Shown here in pieces: positions 1 to 5,732 of a stretch of DNA of 16,221 nt. The notes under the pieces were generated by a model that made no database searches, had not been told where the DNA came from, and worked only from the letters and a program-made list of their open reading frames with translations. Source of the DNA: a virus; the IMG/VR virus record IMGVR_UViG_3300004481_000091, positions 1-16,221 of that record, one strand, 5' to 3'. The translations under genes were made by a program, and so were the position numbers. The number at the start of each line of letters is the position of its first letter. Position 1 is the stretch's first letter.

Positions 1-110
1 GGCGATCCGGGTCCCCATCACCTTCGTGATCAGCGCGGCGACGTTGAACGCGGAGTCCTGGAGCAGCTCGACGGACACGCGGATCGGGACGTCGTCCGCT
101 CCACCGGCGG
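1..110. repeat. Terminal direct repeat, copy 1, identical to 16112-16221. It is the closure overlap of a circular or circularly permuted 16,111-bp unit.
   Basis: Base-by-base comparison of the first 110 nt with the last 110 nt shows identity. The repeat lies inside one continuous reading frame, the capsid gene. Confidence 0.95.
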
Positions 111-663
111 TGTACTTGTACGCGCCCAACGGGACCTGGCCGAACGCCACATCTGCCCCGCCGGTGAAGGCCTCACTCTCACCGGTGAGGTTTCCGCTGT
201 TCGCGGTGTCGTCCAGGGTTGGGTACTCGATCGGGTTGCCCGTGGTCGTGGTGAAGTCCTCGACCTCAGCGGCCAGCCCGCCGTAGGCCTTCATGACCTC
301 GATCATCTGCGTGCGGTACGACGGAGGGACGAGGTACCCGCCGCCGGCCGAGGTGCCCTCACCCTGCGCACGCAACTCGGTGATGTCCTGGTTGGCCTGC
401 CCGGTACGCAGGTACGCGGTGTAAGCGCGCTCCAGGGTGTCTTTCTCGGCCCGGTGGGGGGCGACGATGCCCCCGGGGACCGGGGTGTTGTACGCGTTCT
501 GCCGCGAGCGGATCTCGGCGCTCTTCTTGGCGACCGCCAGCTTGCCTTCGAGTTCCTCGTACCGCTTCGCCTCGTCGTCGGTGAGGTCCCGGGGTTCCCC
601 CTGGTCGCTCATGGCACCGTCGATGATCGCCTGAAGGGCGGCCAAGATCTCTTCGATGGTCAC
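1..663 (-). CDS. Major capsid protein, HK97 fold, N-terminal 221 codons. The gene continues across the circular junction into 15587-16111.
   Basis: Manual translation from GTG at 663 has no stops down to base 1: VTIEEILAALQAIIDGAMSDQGEPRDLTDDEAKRYEELEGKLAVAKKSAEIRSRQ... then ...GTSAGGGYLVPPSY... A GGAGAGG Shine-Dalgarno sits in the protease stop region. The N-terminus is a coiled-coil delta-like domain. The frame is continuous with ORF 15587-16189 (16112 is equivalent to base 1, same codon phase). Confidence 0.9.
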   Translation of the reverse strand, partial: MTIEEILAALQAIIDGAMSDQGEPRDLTDDEAKRYEELEGKLAVAKKSAEIRSRQNAYNTPVPGGIVAPHRAEKDTLERAYTAYLRTGQANQDITELRAQGEGTSAGGGYLVPPSYRTQMIEVMKAYGGLAAEVEDFTTTTGNPIEYPTLDDTANSGNLTGESEAFTGGADVAFGQVPLGAYKYTAGGADDVPIRVSVELLQDSAFNVAALITKVMGTRIA

Positions 664-669
664 TGCTTC

Positions 670-1248
670 TCACCTCTCCAGGTGGTGTACGCGGGCGCGT
701 GCCCGGATGAGCTGGCTACGGCGCCGGCTGGCGACGAGCAGACGCGAGCGGGTCTCTGTGGTGGCCCCCGAGTAGGCGGGGAACGTCACCGGTGAGACGT
801 CGATCAGTTCACGCACGTCGGTGTGCGTGGTCGTGTCGGTGGCCTGGTCGTACTCGGCAAGATCGGGCACGAACGCGAACGAGGCGCCGTCGATGTCGCC
901 GCGCTCGACGAGCTGCCGGAGATCGCGGGCGTACGTGGTGTCCGGTAGGTCAACCTCGTACTCCAGGCCGTGAGAGTCCGCGCTGAGCCGGAGTGTGCCG
1001 GCCTTCTGCCGCCCGAGGACGTGCAGCGGGCTGTGGTTGTACAGCGAGCGCGCGTCGCTGGTCTCCAGGGCCCGGTCGAGCGATCCAACGGCCATGCGCT
1101 CGTTGCCGCGGTCTCCGAGGTCTGCGCTTTCGTCGAACACTGCCGCGTAGCCGCCGAGGCGGTTGCCGCGTAGCTCGGGCTTGGATCGGAACTCGATACG
1201 CGTTACGGAACGACGAAACGTATCGGGTTTACGCGAAACGGAACTCAT
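670..1248 (-). CDS. Prohead (capsid maturation) protease, HK97/S78 family
   Basis: 192-aa ORF lying between portal and capsid. It contains LGGYAAVFDE...NHSPLHVLG...GLEYEVDLPDT..ARDL..LVERGDIDGASFAF...VSPVTFPAY, typical of S78 prohead proteases. Its start is coupled to the portal stop by an ATGA overlap. Confidence 0.85.
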   Translation of the reverse strand: MSSVSRKPDTFRRSVTRIEFRSKPELRGNRLGGYAAVFDESADLGDRGNERMAVGSLDRALETSDARSLYNHSPLHVLGRQKAGTLRLSADSHGLEYEVDLPDTTYARDLRQLVERGDIDGASFAFVPDLAEYDQATDTTTHTDVRELIDVSPVTFPAYSGATTETRSRLLVASRRRSQLIRARARVHHLER

Positions 1249-2618
1249 GGGGTCACCTCGGGTGCGGGTTCCAGCGCGGCCAGGAGCGGTACGCCCTTGA
1301 TACGGATGATGTCGCCACCCTCGACCGGGGGGAGGTTCCGGACGGCCCGAGCCTCGTTGATGGTCATCAGCCCGCCGTCCACCTGCTTGTTCAGCAGGTC
1401 AACCTCAGCCTCGGGTGACGGCCGCTCCAACCCGCTGAAGTCGAACTCAACGAACCGATCCCCGCGGAGCAGACGCGAGAGCCGCTGCTCGATCAGGGCC
1501 GCCCACGGCGCCAGGACCGTGCGGCCCATGCCCCGATTGGACTCAGCGACCCCGGTACCCCAAGAGGTCTGCTTGTCGGTCTGCATGAGCAGGTGCGGGG
1601 GCACGCCCGTCCAGCGGCTGATCTCCTCGACCTGGAACGCCCGCGACTCGATGAACTGCGCGTCCTCCGCGCTCATCGTCCAGGGGGTGAACTTCAGGCG
1701 CCGGTTGACGAACCGAATGCCGCTCGCGTTCTCCCAGCCGGCCACCTTGCGCTGCAACGCCTCATTGATCAGCGCCGCGTCGTCGTCCTCTGTGTCGTCA
1801 CCCTCTGGACTGACCAGTCCGGAGATGAGCGCGCCGTTGTTGAACATGTTCGCCGCGGCCCGGTCACCGGCGATCGCCGTCCCGAGCGAGTTGCGGGCCA
1901 TGGTGAGCAGAGACAGGCCAACGATCCCGTCAGTGCTCATGCTCGGAATGTGCGTAAGGGTCGAACCGTCGTGCGTCTCCATGCTGCCGTCGAGCATCGT
2001 GATCGTGAACAGCTTGCCGCCGACCACAGGCCGGTTGCTGTCCGGCCAGTACCGCGCCACCTCGGTCCGCACGCACAACGGGTGCGCGGGAACGAGCGAG
2101 ACGATCTGACCGGCCCCACCTCGGACGTGCAGCAGGAACGCGTTACCGTGCAAGATCAAATGGACGAGGACGGTCTGCTTCCACTCGAACGCGGTCGGCC
2201 CGTCCGGGCCGCCTGGAGTGTCCAGGAAGCTCTTGACGCGCTCCCGCTGGCCGGGTGCCGGTTCGGCCAGGGCCCGCATCGGTAGCTGTGCCAGGGTGCC
2301 GCTGATGAGCAGCACGGCCCGGAAGAATGCGGCGATTCCGAGCGCGGTCTGTTCGTCGACCTCGACGCCGCTGTAGTTGGGCGGGCCGACGTTGAAGATG
2401 GCCGCGAAGTTGGGATCCGACACGGAGATCAGTGATCTCTGTTCGGCCTGCTCCTGCCTTGTCCAAGGCCACCGGATCTTCACGACGCGATCATACGCCG
2501 AACGCGACCAACTAGGTACGATGATCACATGAGATGCGTCGCTGGTCAGCTCGCACAGACGGTCATGGATGCCGTCGATGGTCTCGACGTCACTGACCAG
2601 GACGAGCCGGTCATCCAC
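1245..2618 (-). CDS. Portal protein (HK97-family portal). The 5' end is uncertain.
   Basis: 457-aa maximal ORF (GTG at 2618). Portal-like segments include ...YSGVEVDEQTALGIAAFFRAVLLISGTLAQLPM... and ...FIESRAFQVEEISRWTGVPPHLL... It sits directly upstream of the protease. An alternative start is the GTG of VKIRWPW near 2484. The first ~90 nt of the maximal ORF overlap the terS ORF on the other strand. Confidence 0.85.
   Translation of the reverse strand: MDDRLVLVSDVETIDGIHDRLCELTSDASHVIIVPSWSRSAYDRVVKIRWPWTRQEQAEQRSLISVSDPNFAAIFNVGPPNYSGVEVDEQTALGIAAFFRAVLLISGTLAQLPMRALAEPAPGQRERVKSFLDTPGGPDGPTAFEWKQTVLVHLILHGNAFLLHVRGGAGQIVSLVPAHPLCVRTEVARYWPDSNRPVVGGKLFTITMLDGSMETHDGSTLTHIPSMSTDGIVGLSLLTMARNSLGTAIAGDRAAANMFNNGALISGLVSPEGDDTEDDDAALINEALQRKVAGWENASGIRFVNRRLKFTPWTMSAEDAQFIESRAFQVEEISRWTGVPPHLLMQTDKQTSWGTGVAESNRGMGRTVLAPWAALIEQRLSRLLRGDRFVEFDFSGLERPSPEAEVDLLNKQVDGGLMTINEARAVRNLPPVEGGDIIRIKGVPLLAALEPAPEVTP
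2517..2531 (+). promoter_or_regulatory. Candidate -10 element (TACGAT) placed to give a leaderless terS mRNA starting at ATG 2529
   Basis: GGTACGAT followed by 6 nt and then ATG. There is no Shine-Dalgarno upstream. The GGTACGNT-N6/7-ATG arrangement matches the one at 6731-6748. Confidence 0.25.
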
Positions 2619-2822
2619 CTCGCGATCAGCTACGCACGGCTGATCGACCAGGTGCCGGACTACGCGTCAAAGGTCGGTCCGATGCTGCTGGCCGCGCTCG
2701 AAGCGCTGCTGATGACTCCGCGCGCCCGTGCGGCGATCGTGAAGGGGGCGAACAGTGACCAGCGCAAGACACAGTCCCCGCTCGACGAACTCCGAGCGAA
2801 ACGAGCAGGGCGCGCCGGATGA
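2529..2822 (+). CDS. Small terminase subunit candidate (short, P27/HK97-type C-terminal signature)
   Basis: 97-aa ORF ending 1 nt before a GTG in the terL frame. It contains ...LAISYARLIDQ...MLLAALEALLMTPRARAAIVKG...SPLDELRAKR, which resembles the C-terminal helices and basic tail of small terminases. It lies immediately upstream of terL on the same strand. Confidence 0.5.
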   Translation: MRCVAGQLAQTVMDAVDGLDVTDQDEPVIHLAISYARLIDQVPDYASKVGPMLLAALEALLMTPRARAAIVKGANSDQRKTQSPLDELRAKRAGRAG

Positions 2823-2823
2823 C

Positions 2824-4302
2824 GTGCTGGGTGTGCCCGTCCCCCGGCTCTGGACACCCCCGCTCCGTGAACTGACTCCGGAGACCAGCTACGGGTTCGA
2901 CGTCGTTGACTTCGCCCGTGACGTGATGCTCATGCCCCTCGACCCGTGGCAAGAGTGGCTGGTCATCCACCTCGGAGAGTTGCTGATCGATGGCCGGCCG
3001 AGGTTCCGTACCGTGCTGGTGCTGGTCGCCCGCCAGCAAGGCAAGAGCCACCTGGCCCGGGTGTTGACCTTGTACTGGATGTTCGTCGACCAGGTCCCGC
3101 TCGTTCTCGGGCTGAATGCCACCCTGGCGTACGCCAAGGAGCAGTGGACGATGGTGTGCGAGACCGCAACTGGAAACGAGTGGCTGGCCGAGGAGCTGCC
3201 GAGCAACGCGATTCGCGCGACGATCGGCGAAGAGTGCCTGAGGACGACCAACGGAAGCCGGTACAAGATTGCGGCGAGCAACCGGAAGGCCGGTCGAAGC
3301 CTGACCATCGACCGGGTGCTGGCCGACGAGCTCCGCGAGATGCGCACGTGGGACGCGTGGAACGCTGCCGAGAACGCCATGAACGCCCGCCGGTACGCGC
3401 AACTCGTGGCGATCACCAACCAGGGCGATGACACCGCGGTCGTGCTCGACGCACTCCGTGGCCCGGCCCTGGAGTACATCGAGACCGGGCAGGGCGATCC
3501 GAGGCTCGGGATGTTCGAGTGGTCGTCCCCGATGGGATCGGATCCGTGCGACCTGGAAGCGCTTGCCCAAGCCTGCCCCGACCTCGGCAACAGAACCGAC
3601 CCTGACGCACTGCTCGGGAAGGCCGCGAGGGCGAAGCGCGCCGGAGGTGCGGAGCTGGCCAGCTTCCGCACAGAGGTCATGTGCATGCGCGTGCAGCTGC
3701 TCGATCCGGCGATCGATCCGGACTGCTGGAAGGCGTGCGCGACCACGACGCCGCTTGACCTCGCAACGGTCAGAAACCAGGTCGCGCTCTGTCTCGACGT
3801 GTCCCTGGACGGGTCGCATGCGTCGCTCGTCGCCGCGGCCGAGGTTGACGGCCTGGTGCACATCGACGTGGTCAAGGCGTGGTCAGGTTTTGGGTGCACG
3901 AAGGCGGTGCGCGCCGAGCTGCCTGCGATCGTGGCGCGGGTGAAACCTCGGGTGGTCGGCTGGTTCCCGAACGGACCGGCCGCCGTCCTCACGGCGGACA
4001 TGGCCAAGAAGCGCGCCCGCAACTGGCCACCGCGGCGAGTGAAGATCGAGGAGCTCAAGGAGGAGATGACGGCCGTCTGTATGGCTCTGCCGGCCCTGGT
4101 CGAGGGGAACGAGGTTCGGCAGGCCGACGATCCGATGCTCAACGCGCACGCGGGTGCGGCACAGAGGCTGATGCGCGCCAACGGAACGTGGGTGTATCAG
4201 CGGGCGGGTACCGGGCCGATCGATGGGACGTACGCGATGGCGGGCGCCGTGCACCTTGCCCGCACGCTGCCGCCCGCGCCCGCTCCGCTCGTCGTGATCT
4301 GA
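2824..4302 (+). CDS. terL: Large terminase subunit (Terminase_1-like ATPase plus RNaseH-like nuclease)
   Basis: The maximal ORF starts at GTG 2755. GTG 2824 is preferred because it follows the terS stop directly. Walker A-like VLVLVARQQGKSHL, Walker B-like LTIDRVLADELREM, and nuclease-domain ALCLDVSLDGSHASLV. The PRLWTPPLRELTPETSYGFDVVDFA...PWQEW N-terminus is typical of actinophage TerL. Confidence 0.9.
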   Translation: MLGVPVPRLWTPPLRELTPETSYGFDVVDFARDVMLMPLDPWQEWLVIHLGELLIDGRPRFRTVLVLVARQQGKSHLARVLTLYWMFVDQVPLVLGLNATLAYAKEQWTMVCETATGNEWLAEELPSNAIRATIGEECLRTTNGSRYKIAASNRKAGRSLTIDRVLADELREMRTWDAWNAAENAMNARRYAQLVAITNQGDDTAVVLDALRGPALEYIETGQGDPRLGMFEWSSPMGSDPCDLEALAQACPDLGNRTDPDALLGKAARAKRAGGAELASFRTEVMCMRVQLLDPAIDPDCWKACATTTPLDLATVRNQVALCLDVSLDGSHASLVAAAEVDGLVHIDVVKAWSGFGCTKAVRAELPAIVARVKPRVVGWFPNGPAAVLTADMAKKRARNWPPRRVKIEELKEEMTAVCMALPALVEGNEVRQADDPMLNAHAGAAQRLMRANGTWVYQRAGTGPIDGTYAMAGAVHLARTLPPAPAPLVVI

Positions 4303-4765
4303 GCGGGTACCCGCCGGAGTGGGTCGGTGCGTGCAGGTCGAGCGGGTACCCGGGGCGATGGTACCCGCCCGCTTACGCTGGCCCGGGTGCCCGACAACGG
4401 GCGGGTACCTCAGCGGGCGCCCGCACGCGGCCGAGGCGTAGGCGGGTACCCGCTTGTACCCGTTCGCGGTCGGGTACCCGCTCATCGTACCCGCGCTGTA
4501 CCCAGGTGGACTGCGGGTATAGATGATGACCTATCTAGCTCGAGGTTTCATCTACCACAGTCAATACCCGGTACCCGCCCGGTCATGCCCCCAACCGGCC
4601 CGAACACCCGCGCAAAAAAAGGACAGTACGGCGGGTGTTCCGATCGGTCAGGATCCTGAACTTTTTGGCTCCGCGCTGCCGCCCGCCCGATCTGCACGCG
4701 CATGCCCGCTCATCTTGCGGGTACCCGTCCGCACCTTCGGCGCTGCTCGCTCTGGCGGGTACATG
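4303..4765. repeat. Array of at least 14 copies of a GGTACC-centred palindrome (GCGGGTACCCGC) and its half-sites. It is a putative multi-site protein-binding region (cos/packaging recognition or other).
   Basis: Full or near-full palindromes at 4303-4314, 4343-4352, 4442-4453, 4471-4480 and 4717-4728. GTACCCG-type half-sites at 4360-4369, 4456-4462, 4487-4493, 4498-4504, 4564-4570 and 4570-4579. CGGGTA-type half-sites at 4401-4410, 4513-4520 and 4755-4764. One degenerate copy at 4384-4393. An AT-richer core lies at about 4519-4566. Confidence 0.85.
4602..4640. repeat. Perfect 10-bp inverted repeat (GAACACCCGC ... GCGGGTGTTC) around a 19-nt spacer containing an A7 tract. It is a possible terminator or protein-binding site at the end of the early operon.
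   Basis: The arms are at 4602-4611 and 4631-4640, with A7 at 4614-4620. It lies just downstream of the 91-aa gene stop (4648) on the minus strand, where the spacer reads as T7. Confidence 0.4.
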
Positions 4766-4923
4766 CCCATCAGCGCGTGCACGGCGGCCAACTCGATCAT
4801 CAGTTGCCGAGTGTTGACCAGCACGGGACACCCCGCCTCGGCCATGTCCTGTGCAGTGATCTTGGGCAGGTAGGCCAGTGCTAGGAGCCGCTCTGCCTGT
4901 GCTCGATGCTCGTCGTTCGTCAT
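4648..4923 (-). CDS. Hypothetical protein (91 aa), last gene of the early minus-strand operon
   Basis: ATG at 4923 is preceded by GGTGAGGA, and the gene follows the HNH stop closely. No recognisable motif. Its 3' third overlaps two copies of the GGTACC repeat. Confidence 0.55.
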   Translation of the reverse strand: MTNDEHRAQAERLLALAYLPKITAQDMAEAGCPVLVNTRQLMIELAAVHALMGMYPPERAAPKVRTGTRKMSGHARADRAGGSAEPKSSGS

Positions 4924-4930
4924 GTCGTCC

Positions 4931-5200
4931 TCACCACTTCGATACCGGGCGCGGCTCGGGTGAGATGCGCCCCGGGTTGCCTACGTGCAGGTTGCACGCT
5001 GCGCACGCGGGGACCAGGTCCAGGGGGCGATCGCCGTACGCCTTTCCGCGTACGTGGTGGATCGTGGTCGCCTCGCCCGTACAGACCCCTGCGATGAGCA
5101 GGGTGCACCTACCTCGGTTCTCCAGTCGGTTCGCTGCCAGCAAGGACGCTCGGAGCTCCCGCCAGCGCCTGGTAGAACCGTTCTTCCAGGATCGGCTCAT
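4931..5200 (-). CDS. HNH endonuclease (packaging-associated type)
   Basis: 89 aa: GSTRRWRELRASLL..., Cys pairs (C..C ... CAAC), and the core TTIHHVRGKAYGDRPLDLVPACAACNLHVG, which fits His-Asn-His. It occurs together with a P27-like terS, terL, an HK97-type portal, protease and capsid. Confidence 0.85.
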   Translation of the reverse strand: MSRSWKNGSTRRWRELRASLLAANRLENRGRCTLLIAGVCTGEATTIHHVRGKAYGDRPLDLVPACAACNLHVGNPGRISPEPRPVSKW

Positions 5201-5381
5201 GGGGGATATCCATCGCCTTCTCTGCCCGGAGAATGCTCTCCACGGTCTTTCCGCGTGACCGGCGCTCTCTGAAGGCTCGCTCGCGTACGTACTCGGCTAT
5301 GTCCGAGTCGACCCATACGTGTAGCTGTACGCGCTTCGTTCCGGTCGGGAATGACCCCGTATCACTGGTCATGCAGACCAT
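5109..5381 (-). CDS. Ribbon-helix-helix (CopG/Arc-like) DNA-binding protein
   Basis: KRVQLHVWVDSDIAEYVRERAFRERRSRGKTVESILRAEKA fits a beta-strand/helix/helix RHH pattern. A G-rich Shine-Dalgarno (GGGGGA) lies upstream of ATG 5381. The 3' 92 nt overlap the HNH gene in another frame. Confidence 0.55.
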   Translation of the reverse strand: MVCMTSDTGSFPTGTKRVQLHVWVDSDIAEYVRERAFRERRSRGKTVESILRAEKAMDIPHEPILEERFYQALAGAPSVLAGSEPTGEPR

Positions 5382-5406
5382 TTAACGGGGTCCCCCTACC
5401 TGATGT

Positions 5407-5721
5407 CTACCTCCGGTGGATGCCAGGGCATCGAGCAGAGGTGAGCGGGTCTGCCCCATACCACCAGCGATGCGGACTGTGCGGCGCCCGATCCGGGCAG
5501 TTGGTCATGCCATCGTGCAGCGTGCTACGAGCGATGAGTGCTGAGCGCAGCGCGTCGCTGTGGCACACGATCAGCGCGTCGAGAATCCACTGATCGACGC
5601 CTTCTTGACCAGCCAGCACGTAGCGATCAGCGTGCAGTTGGGCGATGCGGAGCAGGGTCTCTGGAGTGGTTTCCAGGTTCCTGAGTCTGATGATCTCCAA
5701 GTTGATCTCATCGATGGTCAC
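5407..5721 (-). CDS. Hypothetical protein (104 aa)
   Basis: The start is trimmed to GTG 5721 (AAAGGGG Shine-Dalgarno 6-7 nt upstream), 12 nt after the Rep-like stop. The longer 146-aa ORF would overlap the upstream gene. No recognisable domain. Confidence 0.55.
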   Translation of the reverse strand: MTIDEINLEIIRLRNLETTPETLLRIAQLHADRYVLAGQEGVDQWILDALIVCHSDALRSALIARSTLHDGMTNCPDRAPHSPHRWWYGADPLTSARCPGIHRR

Positions 5722-5732
5722 AATTGCCCCTT

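Noticed and set aside
1-110. Terminal repeats as IS/transposon ends, LTRs or attL/attR
   Set aside because: The repeats are direct and lie within one continuous capsid reading frame that is in phase across the join. No transposase or integrase is present. An assembly or circular-closure overlap is the simplest reading.
331-345. Isolated GAGGTACCCGCC copy inside the capsid gene as part of the repeat system
   Set aside because: It is a single copy encoding GGGY in a conserved capsid segment. It is most simply a chance occurrence in G+C-rich coding DNA.
359-795. ORFs 359-673 (-), 437-634 (+) and 454-795 (+) at the window start
   Set aside because: All are alternative frames over the capsid N-terminal coding region (1-663, minus strand). 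That region translates without stops into recognisable HK97-type capsid sequence.
1297-2285. Plus-strand ORFs of 270 aa and 230 aa antisense to the portal gene
   Set aside because: The same antisense-frame artefact applies. There are no motifs, the composition is S/R/P/A-rich, and the portal frame is clearly the coding one.
2626-4181. Two long minus-strand ORFs (2626-3861, 411 aa, and 2889-4181, 430 aa) antisense to terL
   Set aside because: Their translations are R/A/S/G-rich low-complexity sequence typical of open antisense frames in high-G+C DNA. The plus-strand frame carries unmistakable TerL Walker and nuclease motifs and high G/C at third codon positions.
4327-4659. 110-aa plus-strand ORF and 200-aa minus-strand ORF spanning the GGTACC repeat region
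   Set aside because: Their peptide repeats (GYP/GTR...) merely mirror the DNA repeats. There is no start context. The region is better explained as non-coding binding-site DNA.
4648-4667. TCAGGATCCTGA palindrome plus T5 as an intrinsic terminator for terL
   Set aside because: As a hairpin, the palindrome leaves only a 4-bp stem with a 4-nt loop, which is too weak. It also overlaps the stop codon of the 91-aa gene. I note it only as a possible protein-binding site.
4303-4765. The repeat array as a CRISPR locus
   Set aside because: The repeats are only about 7-12 bp, irregularly spaced (11-150 bp), in both orientations and partly degenerate. There are no uniform spacers and no cas genes.
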